DNA of 64,000 nucleotides from Candidatus Omnitrophota bacterium (GTDB lineage: Bacteria; Omnitrophota; Gorgyraeia; Zapsychrales; Fredricksoniimonadaceae): assembly GCA_013287965.1 (NCBI GenBank), contig JABDCU010000001.1, positions 5,910-69,909 on the forward strand, written 5' to 3'. The stretch's first letter is position 1, and each line of letters starts with the position of its first letter. The position numbers and the translations under genes were made by a program. This document shows positions 22,823-32,992 of the stretch, one piece after another. Below the pieces are notes generated by a model, which was not told where the DNA came from, ran no database searches, and was given only the letters and a program-made list of their open reading frames with translations.

Positions 22823-23575
22823 TTAAAACTCGTACTCGATGACCCATTTCAATTCTCCCCGGGGGGCCGCGTCGGACATGCCGAATAAATAACCGATATC
22901 ATATTTAACATGCCTGTTCAGGCGGCCGTAAAAAACAGGTCCGGCCTGATGGCTTTGCTGATTATAGTCTAACTGATGGGCAACCGCACTAAAATCGTTG
23001 TAATACTCAACACCCGGCTCAAAATAAGGGGAAAGGCGGTATTTAGTGCTCCAGGACATTCCGCCGTCAATATGCGGGTTGGCGCCGCTGCCGCCAATTT
23101 CTTTATTGAAACTAATGTTAAGGATATTGGTGATCTTATCTATGGATTTTTCCAGCAAGATCTTCCCTTCAAATTTCCCCGCCTGTTTATCGATAAGGGG
23201 TGCCTCATAGGCAAGATAAAGTCCCGGGTCCAGCCAATATTCCCCTTTGGGGGCAAGTTGAAAAATATTCTCCCATTCCGTATGGGTTGCTTGGAGCTTT
23301 GTGACGGAACCATCTGTAGGCAATGTTTCCATTTCTACTTCTAATTCCGTTGCCCAATGACTGGTGACCCCATAACCGATCGCATTTTTATACTCTTGTA
23401 CTGCATTTTTATTCTTGGCACGGTCAAGATCATACAGCCCTGTTGTTTCATATTCCCATTCCCCTTGTGTCACATATGGCTCGAACACCCGCTTCTCGGC
23501 GAAGGCAGGATTGCACAAACTAACTATTATTGTCATTCCCGCGACAGCGGGAATCCATAAATATTTATTGAGCAA
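22823..23575 (-). CDS. Putative outer-membrane beta-barrel-like secreted protein. The N-terminus is partly encoded by a REP-1 element.
   Basis: Signal-like N-terminus. Alternating amphipathic strands. The C-terminal ...WVIEYEF has the aromatic terminal residue typical of OMPs. WIPAVAGMT is a REP translation. Confidence 0.5.
   Translation of the reverse strand: MLNKYLWIPAVAGMTIIVSLCNPAFAEKRVFEPYVTQGEWEYETTGLYDLDRAKNKNAVQEYKNAIGYGVTSHWATELEVEMETLPTDGSVTKLQATHTEWENIFQLAPKGEYWLDPGLYLAYEAPLIDKQAGKFEGKILLEKSIDKITNILNISFNKEIGGSGANPHIDGGMSWSTKYRLSPYFEPGVEYYNDFSAVAHQLDYNQQSHQAGPVFYGRLNRHVKYDIGYLFGMSDAAPRGELKWVIEYEF
23529..23557. repeat. REP-1 element copy within the N-terminal coding region of ORF 22823..23575.
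   Basis: ttgtcattcccgcgacagcgggaatccat. Confidence 0.85.
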
Positions 23576-23903
23576 CGATAATTCCCTTAGCGATGTCTTG
23601 ATGAAAATCTCCCCAATATTTATATGTTCCCGGCTTTAGCGGGCCCAGAAAAACGGTGATCTGTTTACCGCCTTCTACAACCTGCTCACGGTCTAAATCA
23701 AAGCTTTCAAATTCTTCCGCGGCAGGGTCCTGATTATCAACTATTATCCGGATCTTTTGGCCGGCAGGGACTGTTAATTGCGGCGGTATAAATTGATGGT
23801 CTTTGATCACAATGGTGTTGGGAGCTAAAGTTTGGGCCAAACACAAAACCGGCAGCCAAATACAAACGCCTAAAACCAAATAAACAATTGAACGAACAAG
23901 CAT
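23565..23903 (-). CDS. Small secreted cupredoxin-fold-like protein. No obvious Cu ligand set.
   Basis: Signal peptide. The HQFIPPQLTVPAGQKIRIIVDNQD...PGTYKYW pattern resembles the cupredoxin-like domain. Cys is present only in the signal region. Confidence 0.45.
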   Translation of the reverse strand: MLVRSIVYLVLGVCIWLPVLCLAQTLAPNTIVIKDHQFIPPQLTVPAGQKIRIIVDNQDPAAEEFESFDLDREQVVEGGKQITVFLGPLKPGTYKYWGDFHQDIAKGIIVAQ

Positions 23904-24038
23904 TTTTCCCCCTTAATATTAACTACGTCATTATTCGACTTATTTGAATCCATTAAAAAAGCTCTTTTAATTTTAGAAAAAAGAGCTTAACTAAGTCTTA
24001 CATTGACTTAGTTTAATAAATCATTTTGTTTTGTCAAG

Positions 24039-24094
24039 AAAAACCGGGACACATTGACTTTTCCAGCAAAAAAGTCAATGTGTCCCGGTTTTTA
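24039..24094. repeat. REP-2 hairpin element copy B. Intergenic and terminator-like.
   Basis: aaaaaccgggacacattgacttttccagcaaaaaagtcaatgtgtcccggttttt. Confidence 0.8.
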
Positions 24095-24472
24095 CTGGCG
24101 GGCTAACCATAGTAAAAAACACGGGACCGCGGTCCCTAAAAATAAGCAGGACCAAACGATCCACGGACGCGTGTACTTAAACGCCATAAGGATGCCAAGC
24201 ATGGTGGTGACCAACAGCCCCAGGGACATCAAAACAACTAGATCCTGAAAAGGCACTGACGACTCCGGGGCCATTTTACTGTCAACCCATCGCTGGTCTT
24301 TGTGCACTTGTGAAAGGGACTTGATGATCGCCGGCGGTTTATACCTGCCGTCTTTACTGGCCTCATGGAAACCAAAGACCTGCAGGCACCCGCTGATAAG
24401 AAAAAAAACCAGCAATGGTGCAAAGAAAACCCCTAAATATAAATGAATGTTCCTCATGACCTTGATATTCAT
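24092..24472 (-). CDS. Small membrane protein, PepSY-associated TM-like.
   Basis: Three predicted TM helices. Weak family resemblance only. Confidence 0.45.
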   Translation of the reverse strand: MNIKVMRNIHLYLGVFFAPLLVFFLISGCLQVFGFHEASKDGRYKPPAIIKSLSQVHKDQRWVDSKMAPESSVPFQDLVVLMSLGLLVTTMLGILMAFKYTRPWIVWSCLFLGTAVPCFLLWLARQ

Positions 24473-24481
24473 AAACGCCTC

Positions 24482-26731
24482 CTAGGTTAATTTCACCGGG
24501 GTCTCCGGCCTGGCCATCAGGTATCCCTGGCCAAAGGCCACCCTCAGCTCACGCAACACCTCTAGATCTTCCCTGGTTTCAATGCCTTCAGCGATCACAG
24601 AAGCTTTACAGCTTTCGATGACTTTTAAAAGACGTTTTAAACTGTTGGATTTTCCTGCGTCTTTTGAGATGCCATTGATGATCTTCCTGTCTATTTTCAC
24701 GATGTCCGGTTCTAAAAGGACCAGGGTCTCAATGGAACTGTGGCCGAAACCATAATCATCGAGGGCGATCAGGATCCCCGCCTCTTTGAGCTTCGTGACA
24801 CAAGGGACCAAATAAAGCGGGTCCCTTAAAATTTGCTGTTCATTGATCTCAAGGCAAAATTTGATGTTTTTCCCGGCAGACGCGAAATCCTGCAGCAGGC
24901 GCTCAACCGGGACCTCCGTGAGCGTGGAAGGAAAAATATTGATATAGACCCTCTGGGTGACCGGGACAACGGCTGCGGCCTCCTTAAGCGCCTTCAAACA
25001 TGTTTTCAGGCAGGCATAGTCAACGGTCCCCAAAATATCGGCATTGCGGGCAAAAAGAAAAAATGCATCAGGAGAAGAATACTCTTCATGGTCCAGGCGG
25101 GACAAAAGTTCAAAGCCCACCTTTGCCATGCTGCGTAGATCAAATATCGGCTGGGAAGCAGCGTAAAATTTATCGCCCGCGGCCAGGACTTTCTTGAGCT
25201 GAGAAGCAGCGTCGGGAACTTTCAAGCCGGCCTTAACCCGCTCCCCCTGGTACGCAATGCGGTCCTTGCCTTCACTCTTGCTTAAATGCAAAGATACATG
25301 TAATTGCTGGAGCAGTCCATCAATGGAAACAGGTGCCTCCCCCATAGGCACGATGCCTATGCTGCAGGTGGCCTTAACGACCTTCCCGAAGGAAGCTCCC
25401 ACAGAAGCCCGGGCAACAGCCATGCGTATCTTGTCCGCGACCTTGACCGCGTCCCCTTGCTTGCTGTCGAGCAAAAGCACCATGAACTCATCCCCGCCCA
25501 CCCTTGCAACGTAATCCGTCTGGCGGACCGTCTGGCGTATCTTATCAGCGACGGCAACAATGATGGCGTCCCCGATCCCATGGCCATGGCGGTCATTGAT
25601 CTGTTTGAAATTATCCAGGTCCAAAAGCAAGACCTGGATGCTTAGCCCCAGGCGCCGGACCATGTCGAATGTTTTTAACAGGACATCCTGCAGCCCCCTG
25701 CGGTTGAGGACCCCTGTCAATGGGTCATGGATGGCCATGGCCTGCAATTTTTTGATCGGATCAAAAATGGCCTCCGCGAATAATACACAACCCGCGATAA
25801 CAAGGAGCACGATCAAAAGGCAGATGATAAAAAACAAGGTGCGGATATTGCTGATCGAGGCAAAGACTTCCCCTCTATCGATTTTAGTGACCAACTGCCA
25901 ATTGACAAACGGGACATCCTGCCACACCGACAATACTTTATTGCCACGGTAATCAACGGTCTCTCTTATTTTCTTATCGACGGGCGGTGCTTTAAAGGCA
26001 AGCGCTGCCCGCTTGTTTAAAATGGCCTGAGGATCGTATAACAGAGGACTGATGAATAAATATTGATCATCCGCCATTTTTTTGACCAAAAACGTCTCCC
26101 CTGTACTGCCTAAACCCGTATTGTCCGAAATAAACTGGTAAATAACATTCATGTCCACTTCCAGGACGATGTATCCGGCGAACTGACTCTGTGTATCATG
26201 GGCCGCTGAAAGCAGATATAAAATGTACGGGTGCTTCCAATCCTTGGCCGCCACCGGGCCGCTGATATAGATATCTTTTTGGGCCTTTTGAAGCACGGCG
26301 TCATTAAAAAAAGTCCTGTCCAGATAGGTGCGGGCGTGCGCCGGGTCGGCGACAAAGACATCCTTGCCCTTCTTGTCCAAAAGAAGTATGTCGGCATAGG
26401 CGTAAGAATTCATGAAAGCCCGAAGCTGGTCATCCAATTGTAATTTGGCTTTGGAGTAGGCAAAACTGTAGCGGTCCCGGTCAAATTCCTGCAAGGTGGG
26501 AAGGTTTATCTGCACATCTGAAAACCCCTGGATGGCCCTTAAGTCTTCTTTTCTGGAATTAAAAAAAGTTTCCAGTTTATTTTGCTTAAGGGCTGAGACC
26601 GCCTTAAGCCGGTCATAGATCTCCCCTTTTAATTCTTTTTGGGTATTATAAAGGAAGATACCTGCCACGAGGACCAGCGGGATGATCGACAGGCTCAATG
26701 ATAAGATGATTATTTTCGCGTATATGCGCAT
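24482..26731 (-). CDS. Sensor diguanylate cyclase / phosphodiesterase (TM, periplasmic Cache-like domain, GGDEF and EAL domains).
   Basis: RVGGDEF GGDEF motif, and EAL-domain motifs (ELLSRL, DDYGFGHSS, EGIE). Two TM segments flank a periplasmic domain. Confidence 0.9.
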   Translation of the reverse strand: MRIYAKIIILSLSLSIIPLVLVAGIFLYNTQKELKGEIYDRLKAVSALKQNKLETFFNSRKEDLRAIQGFSDVQINLPTLQEFDRDRYSFAYSKAKLQLDDQLRAFMNSYAYADILLLDKKGKDVFVADPAHARTYLDRTFFNDAVLQKAQKDIYISGPVAAKDWKHPYILYLLSAAHDTQSQFAGYIVLEVDMNVIYQFISDNTGLGSTGETFLVKKMADDQYLFISPLLYDPQAILNKRAALAFKAPPVDKKIRETVDYRGNKVLSVWQDVPFVNWQLVTKIDRGEVFASISNIRTLFFIICLLIVLLVIAGCVLFAEAIFDPIKKLQAMAIHDPLTGVLNRRGLQDVLLKTFDMVRRLGLSIQVLLLDLDNFKQINDRHGHGIGDAIIVAVADKIRQTVRQTDYVARVGGDEFMVLLLDSKQGDAVKVADKIRMAVARASVGASFGKVVKATCSIGIVPMGEAPVSIDGLLQQLHVSLHLSKSEGKDRIAYQGERVKAGLKVPDAASQLKKVLAAGDKFYAASQPIFDLRSMAKVGFELLSRLDHEEYSSPDAFFLFARNADILGTVDYACLKTCLKALKEAAAVVPVTQRVYINIFPSTLTEVPVERLLQDFASAGKNIKFCLEINEQQILRDPLYLVPCVTKLKEAGILIALDDYGFGHSSIETLVLLEPDIVKIDRKIINGISKDAGKSNSLKRLLKVIESCKASVIAEGIETREDLEVLRELRVAFGQGYLMARPETPVKLT

Positions 26732-26741
26732 GGCCAGCGGC

Positions 26742-28751
26742 TCAATGTGAAGGTTTTGATTTACGCAGAAGGTTGTAGTAACCTGACAGCTTCCCCTTCA
26801 GTGAAATTTCATTGTCCCAATTGTTGATATGGATACGGTTTAATTCATAGGGATCGATATCAAAGCGGTCATAGCCCCGATTGGTCGTAAACGCGGCTTT
26901 ATACCCTGCCAACGCGATGATGGCCTTGATCTGCTCATTGAACCCTCCGGTAGGATAAGCAAAATAATAAACAGGCCGGCCTAAATTCTTTTCTATGATG
27001 CGTTTACTTCCTATGATCTCATCCTTCATCTGTTCTTGGGACATTTCCGGAAGATACGCGTGGTGACGGGTATGGCTCCCGAAAGAAATGCCGTACCGGC
27101 CCATTTCTTTGACCTGTTCCCAGTTCAAAAGGTTGGGTTTTTTCCCCACATAATCTGAGATCAAAAAAATAGTGGCCGGGAAATGGTACTTTTTTAGGAT
27201 AGGGAACGCATTCGTATAATTATCCATGTACCCGTCATCAAAAGTGATCACCACCGTATTATGAGGGAATTTTTTTCTTGCGTTGTTCCCTTCGATAAAA
27301 TCCTCAAGCGGGATCACATGGTACCCATTGTCCTCCAAAAAATCCATCTGTCTATCGAATAGTTTCGGACTGACCACGTTCAGTTGGGTCCTGACATCCG
27401 GGTGACGGAATAAAATATTGTCAGGGTTCGTATTAGCTGAAGAAACACTATGGTACATCAGGATCGGGACAACATATTCGTCCTGCGCCCAAACGAAAAA
27501 TCCAACAATGAAAATGAAAAAAATAAGGCAGATCGTCAATAAAAGGCGTTTGATATTTTTCCCCAGCTGATCGACACCAAATACCAGGGGCATGGCATGT
27601 TGCGTCCCTGCTTTGATCAATGGGGCCAACTGAAGCCATCCATACGCGGAAATAATAGCGATGTACGGCACTATAGGCACCCTATAACGTTCCCCCACCA
27701 GCCACATCTCGCTGATGATACTGCCGCTGACAAAATAAACGATGACAAGCAGTAAGAATTTATAATATTTATCTGCTTTTATCTTGATGGTCCCCCATAA
27801 AAATCCTGTCATCCAAAATATCATCAACGGATAACCCAGGACCTTACCGAAAACCGTAAAGGCATGACAATTAAAATTCTTAAAAGTCCCCGGCTTGGTC
27901 AATATGGACAACACACAACGCATGGTCACATTAATATAATAGGACACCGGCCCCATCTTCTGCGTAAAAGGGTCGGTATTCCTTAAATAACTTTTAAACA
28001 GCCCCACCTTGTAGGGGTCTTCCTGGAAGATACTGCTGAACGCAGGGTCCCCGAAAACCATGTAATTCCTTATTTGCCATATCCCCAGCAAAGCATACAC
28101 CACGGCCAAAAAAATAATGGAATGCAGGATGGACCTCTTAACATTATCGGCGGTATTTGTAAGTATAATAAAGAGGATGATGCCAAACCCGAGAAAATAA
28201 CTGCCCGGTCTTACATAGGTCGCCAAAACCAGCATCAAAGAAGACATGACAAGGGCGCTGACCTGCCCGTTTTTAAGGTACCGGATAAAATTAAACATAA
28301 ATAACGTCATTAAAAACAAAAATAACGTTTCTGTTAAGATCATCTGTGAATAAATGGAAACAATGATGGAATATAAAACTATCCCCGCGCTCAAAAAAGC
28401 CAGTTCAGGGTCTATCAAAACGGCTGTTTTATAAGTGATAAAGGCGGTGAGGACCGTTAAGAGCACTTGTATCAGGATGACGCCATTCAAAGGGACCCTC
28501 AAGAACCCATGCAAAATAGCAAGAAAAACGGGATACCCAGGGGTCCTGTTCAACTCGTGTTTTAGTGTTCCCGTCGCGTCGGTGGTGGCGAACACCCCTT
28601 TTGACGTGATCATCTCCGCCGTCTTCAGGTATTCAGATGAATCAGGCATGAATTTGCTTTGGGGTGCTTGCAGGAAGGCAAAAAGAAATAAAGCTATCTT
28701 TATTAAGATAGCGGCGCTGATAATTATCAAAAAATATTTTTTATTTCTCAT
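26742..28751 (-). CDS. Polytopic membrane protein (GT-C / ArnT-PMT-like) fused to a C-terminal NodB-type polysaccharide deacetylase domain.
   Basis: More than 10 TM helices. The C-terminal TFDDGYMDNY...HTRHH motifs match the NodB homology domain. Confidence 0.75.
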   Translation of the reverse strand: MRNKKYFLIIISAAILIKIALFLFAFLQAPQSKFMPDSSEYLKTAEMITSKGVFATTDATGTLKHELNRTPGYPVFLAILHGFLRVPLNGVILIQVLLTVLTAFITYKTAVLIDPELAFLSAGIVLYSIIVSIYSQMILTETLFLFLMTLFMFNFIRYLKNGQVSALVMSSLMLVLATYVRPGSYFLGFGIILFIILTNTADNVKRSILHSIIFLAVVYALLGIWQIRNYMVFGDPAFSSIFQEDPYKVGLFKSYLRNTDPFTQKMGPVSYYINVTMRCVLSILTKPGTFKNFNCHAFTVFGKVLGYPLMIFWMTGFLWGTIKIKADKYYKFLLLVIVYFVSGSIISEMWLVGERYRVPIVPYIAIISAYGWLQLAPLIKAGTQHAMPLVFGVDQLGKNIKRLLLTICLIFFIFIVGFFVWAQDEYVVPILMYHSVSSANTNPDNILFRHPDVRTQLNVVSPKLFDRQMDFLEDNGYHVIPLEDFIEGNNARKKFPHNTVVITFDDGYMDNYTNAFPILKKYHFPATIFLISDYVGKKPNLLNWEQVKEMGRYGISFGSHTRHHAYLPEMSQEQMKDEIIGSKRIIEKNLGRPVYYFAYPTGGFNEQIKAIIALAGYKAAFTTNRGYDRFDIDPYELNRIHINNWDNEISLKGKLSGYYNLLRKSKPSH

Positions 28752-28795
28752 GGACTTTTAGCAGAATACTAACAGAAATTGAGAATATATTCAAA

Positions 28796-30976
28796 TTGCA
28801 ACTTGATACCCATTTTGATAGACTTAAAAAATTGGACAGCTACCTTCATCCTCATTTTACACGCTTAAAGAAATTTGACCTGCTTTTTTTGATCACCCTC
28901 CTTGCAGGCATGAACACCTACTATCTCCTGCTGCCCTATCCCGTGTCCCATGATTCTGCTGAGGCCTTTGAATCGTTCTATTTCTTTTATAATCACTTCT
29001 ATTTTAACCACAATATCGCCCAATGGATGCCCTATTATTCCTTTGGTGTCCCCTCCCAGTATTGGCAATTGTACGCTTTGACCCCTGTCAGCTGCTTTTT
29101 TATCCTTCTGGGCTGCCTGTGCAAGGCCAATAATGTCCTTTTTGTCTTTAAACTATCCATCATCGTGGAACAAATGATCTTTCTTTGCGGCCTCTACCTG
29201 CTGTCCAAAAAGCTCTTTACGCAGCGCGGCACTGTCCTGGCTGTCTGCCTGGGAGGCATTGCCAGCGCGTTTACCTATGAGAATCTCCCTTCGGACTTCC
29301 GGATACTTTACCTGCTGCCCTTGGCGGTCTACTTCCTGGTCCGGTTCATCCAGGAAAAACGTCCGGAATTCTTTTGGCTCTGCGGCATCACGGTCCTGGC
29401 ATGGGACATGGGCAATGCCTTATATTTCATTTTTTTATGGACACCCCTTTTGGTGTTCCTGGGCAGCTTCCTGATACTTAAACAAGGCCGGCTCGATGTT
29501 TTTAAATGCCTGACCGAGCGGTCGTTCAGGAATGCCGGCCTCATTTTACTTTTTTGCGTGGCAGGCCTCTGTTTCTTTTATCAATTAAAAACATTCGCTG
29601 ATTTCATTGATTTTCTCAGCCGGCCGGCCGAAGGGAAAAACAACCTTTTCCAATTCCTGACCTATGCGAATACCAAGGTCGCCCTGCAGGATTACTTTAA
29701 CCGTTTCGTCCTTGGCCTATATCCCGGATCTTATGTCGGCCTCCTGCCCCTGATGCTGTGTTTTTGGAATACGCAACGGTTAAAACATAACGCCTATTAC
29801 CAGGCATTTTTTCTCGCCACCATTGGTCTTCTGTGGTTTTCGTTCGCGGGGATAGGGGCATCATTGATGTATTTCTTCCCGGGCATGCCGTATTACCGCC
29901 ACCTCATCTATGTCTACGGCCCCTTGAAGGTCCTGGTCCTGATATGCGCCGGATTTAAACTGGAAATTTTCTGGAACGCGGACGTAAAGGAAAAAAACAC
30001 CCTGATCTTTGTCTCTCTTTTTATCTTTTTATTCCTGGCAGATGCTTTAGGCCTGTCTAAAGATTGGTTGACCGGCCTGCTGGCAGACAAACGTCTGTTG
30101 AGCGAATTACAAGCCCAAATGAATTTCCATTCTCCCTTGTTCAGGTTCGCGATATACCCGCTTGCCGCGGGGGCGATCTTTATCTCGACCCTGCCACGGT
30201 TCAAAGGACTTAACAATGTCCGTCTCATCAAAGCAATCCTGCTCGCTGCCCTGTGCCTGGACATCGCTTCTTTCCATTACCAGGTTTACAAAGAAGTGTT
30301 GCAAAGGTCCTTCCCGTTACCTAAAGAATTCGAGCATTCATTATGGACCCACCGGGAAGGATTTGAGCCGCAACGTTCTGAATCTCCCCAGGATGGCCGC
30401 GCCCTGGATGTTTTGCTGGCACTTAACAATGGCCATAAATACGCCACGATCTATAGTGTGGCGCAATTTTCACCATGCGTCTCGTCTTTCAGGCTGGACC
30501 TGCAGCCCATCGAGATATCCCGTCTGTTGTCCGCCGCAACAGCCGGCAGTCAAGGGGCTTTAAAAGAAGTGATGGGCTGTGACGCGCCCAAACTGCGTTT
30601 AGAAAACTCTCCGCCCATGTCCCTGGTCTCTCCTGTTGTCCGGCCTGACTTAAGCCCGGGGCAGGTCCAGGTCACCCATTTTAACAGTGATGAGTTAACG
30701 CTCCGGGTGGACGCCCCTGCAGCCGGCGCCTGGTTAGTCTACGCGGATTCCTATCACCCCGGCTGGCAGGCCATGGTCAATGGGAAAAAACAGCCCATCG
30801 TCAGGGTTTACGGCGCATTCAAGGCCCTGCGCCTTAACGGGCACAACGACGTTGAATTTTATTTTAACAGCCCTGTAAATACACTGTGCAGCTGGTTTTT
30901 GATGTTGTTTGGGACCATGTCCTGTATTTTCCTGATAGGCCTGTTAGTCAAGACATTATATGAAAGCCTTATTTAA
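28796..30976 (+). CDS. Large polytopic membrane protein, possibly YfhO-family (glycosylation-related).
   Basis: 726 aa, many TM helices plus a C-terminal soluble domain. The family call rests on architecture and context only. Confidence 0.45.
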   Translation: MQLDTHFDRLKKLDSYLHPHFTRLKKFDLLFLITLLAGMNTYYLLLPYPVSHDSAEAFESFYFFYNHFYFNHNIAQWMPYYSFGVPSQYWQLYALTPVSCFFILLGCLCKANNVLFVFKLSIIVEQMIFLCGLYLLSKKLFTQRGTVLAVCLGGIASAFTYENLPSDFRILYLLPLAVYFLVRFIQEKRPEFFWLCGITVLAWDMGNALYFIFLWTPLLVFLGSFLILKQGRLDVFKCLTERSFRNAGLILLFCVAGLCFFYQLKTFADFIDFLSRPAEGKNNLFQFLTYANTKVALQDYFNRFVLGLYPGSYVGLLPLMLCFWNTQRLKHNAYYQAFFLATIGLLWFSFAGIGASLMYFFPGMPYYRHLIYVYGPLKVLVLICAGFKLEIFWNADVKEKNTLIFVSLFIFLFLADALGLSKDWLTGLLADKRLLSELQAQMNFHSPLFRFAIYPLAAGAIFISTLPRFKGLNNVRLIKAILLAALCLDIASFHYQVYKEVLQRSFPLPKEFEHSLWTHREGFEPQRSESPQDGRALDVLLALNNGHKYATIYSVAQFSPCVSSFRLDLQPIEISRLLSAATAGSQGALKEVMGCDAPKLRLENSPPMSLVSPVVRPDLSPGQVQVTHFNSDELTLRVDAPAAGAWLVYADSYHPGWQAMVNGKKQPIVRVYGAFKALRLNGHNDVEFYFNSPVNTLCSWFLMLFGTMSCIFLIGLLVKTLYESLI

Positions 30977-31595
30977 CAGATCTTCAATGGCCGTGCTGAC
31001 AGGGATCGCAGGGGTGACTGTCCTATGCGCCATTGTCATCAGGTCCGGTGAGCAGCCCGCCGGCCTGGAACAAAAAAACTATGCCGCGCGTTTTGGCATA
31101 AAATCCCTTAATGTGTTCATGCCCGAAAGCTACGCGCAACTTGCTAATGCCCTCGATGAAAACAGGGCCATCCCTCAAAACTACGGGACTTATTTTAAGG
31201 TGGCGGCTAAATTCATGCCGGATGATTTTGCAAGCCATTACATGCTGGCCCTCTATTACCAAAGCCGCGGCGAATGGGCCGAGGCCCAGGAAGCCTATAA
31301 AAAAAGCCTTGATCTAAATCCCGTCTTTTTCTGGTCTTACTATAATTTAGGGCTGATGCTTTGGGAGAATGACCGCAGGGACATGGCTTTAAGGATATGG
31401 TCGCAGGCGTTGAAGATCCCCCCCGAGGTGACTTTGCAAACATTGGTCTCAACAAAAGTGTTGGGTGATTGCGCGGCGGACCTGGCGTTGCGCGGGCATG
31501 ATATCAACCAGTCCGTCGTCAAGGGATACAGCCAATTGCAGCAGTGGGTCAAAGATAGGCAGGTGCCTCAAAACCCCCCGCTGGTAATGCTTTAA
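30960..31595 (+). CDS. TPR-repeat protein.
   Basis: YMLALYYQSRGEWAEAQEAYKKSLDLNPVFFWSYYNLGLML TPR pattern. Confidence 0.55.
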   Translation: MKALFNRSSMAVLTGIAGVTVLCAIVIRSGEQPAGLEQKNYAARFGIKSLNVFMPESYAQLANALDENRAIPQNYGTYFKVAAKFMPDDFASHYMLALYYQSRGEWAEAQEAYKKSLDLNPVFFWSYYNLGLMLWENDRRDMALRIWSQALKIPPEVTLQTLVSTKVLGDCAADLALRGHDINQSVVKGYSQLQQWVKDRQVPQNPPLVML

Positions 31596-32992
31596 AACTG
31601 AAAATAAATGAACGGCGTTCCGCCCCTACTTCCTAACACATAGATCAACGCAAACATTCCCATATAAACCGCATACCTGAAGATCGGCTGCCAACGGCAA
31701 AAACAATTGGGCCCTGCATCATATTCCTCGACAATATCCAGGCATACGACCGGGATAACCAGGAATAAAAATACGGCCAGTTGGTGGGTCATATCCAAAT
31801 CCCATTTAAACGACGAGAATATCTGTGAAAAGAAATGGATGAATTGCCCGATGGATTTGCTGCGAAAAATAAACCACCCAAGGCAAGTCAGGTGAAAATA
31901 AAGAATAACGCGGATGATCTTGGGCATCCCTAACTTAAAATTTCCGGTAAATTTCGAAAAAACGCGATGAATGACCAGCATCGATCCATGGAACACGCCC
32001 CAGATCACATAGGTCCAATTAGCGCCATGCCACAAGCCTCCTAAAAACATCGTCACCATCAGATTGGCGTAAGTTCTTTTTTCCCCATGACGATTACCGC
32101 CTAAAGAAATGTATAAATAATCCCGCAGCCAGGTTGAGAGGCTGATGTGCCATCGCTGCCAGAAATCACGGGGATTAACGGCAAAATAAGGGGCCCTGAA
32201 ATTCACCATCAGATCAAAACCCATTAAACGGCTGATCCCCCGCGCGATATTGCTATAGCCGGCAAAATCCCCATAGATCTGAAAAGCAAAAGCATAGACC
32301 GCCATGAGCACCTGGGCACCTTGTGGATCAGCTGCGGAAAAAACCGGATCAACCATTTTTGTCAAATTATCCGCTACAAAAACTTTTAAGAAATAGCCTT
32401 TTAAGATCAACCAAAGCCCGGATTTAATGTTGTCCCACGCCAATACCCTCTTTGTTTGCACCTGTACCAACAGGTGCTTGGCCCGTTCAATGGGACCTGC
32501 CACCAATTGAGGGAAAAAGCTCACAAAAAGAGAAAAATCAAGGAAGCGCTGGCAGGCTTTAATTTCCCCCCGGTAAACACTGAGGGCATAGCCAAGTGTT
32601 TGAAAAGTATAAAATGATATCCCTACAGGCACGATGATGCCTAATGTATGCAGGGATGTTTTAAATCCAAAAAAAGACAAAAGATCAGCCGTGCTATTGA
32701 TAAAAAAGTCATAATATTTAAAGAACCCCAAAAGGCCAAGGTTCACGGCAATGCTCACCATGATAAGCGCCCTGCGGGCCCTGCTATCCGTTGTTCTGTT
32801 TAAGCCCATCCCCACTGAATAATCCACCACCGTTGAGATCCATAACAGGAGAAGAAAACGGTAATCCCAAAACCCATAGAACACCCAGCTGGCTATCAAC
32901 AAAAGGACATTTTGCTGACGGTGTTCCAGCTTCAGGTATAAAAGATACACCATGAAAAAAAAGACACCGAATGTCCACGAGTTGAATATCAT
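31592..32992 (-). CDS. MBOAT family membrane-bound O-acyltransferase (AlgI/DltB-like).
   Basis: Conserved MBOAT His region WHISLSTWLRDYLYISLGGNR. Multi-TM. Confidence 0.88.
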   Translation of the reverse strand: MIFNSWTFGVFFFMVYLLYLKLEHRQQNVLLLIASWVFYGFWDYRFLLLLWISTVVDYSVGMGLNRTTDSRARRALIMVSIAVNLGLLGFFKYYDFFINSTADLLSFFGFKTSLHTLGIIVPVGISFYTFQTLGYALSVYRGEIKACQRFLDFSLFVSFFPQLVAGPIERAKHLLVQVQTKRVLAWDNIKSGLWLILKGYFLKVFVADNLTKMVDPVFSAADPQGAQVLMAVYAFAFQIYGDFAGYSNIARGISRLMGFDLMVNFRAPYFAVNPRDFWQRWHISLSTWLRDYLYISLGGNRHGEKRTYANLMVTMFLGGLWHGANWTYVIWGVFHGSMLVIHRVFSKFTGNFKLGMPKIIRVILYFHLTCLGWFIFRSKSIGQFIHFFSQIFSSFKWDLDMTHQLAVFLFLVIPVVCLDIVEEYDAGPNCFCRWQPIFRYAVYMGMFALIYVLGSRGGTPFIYFQF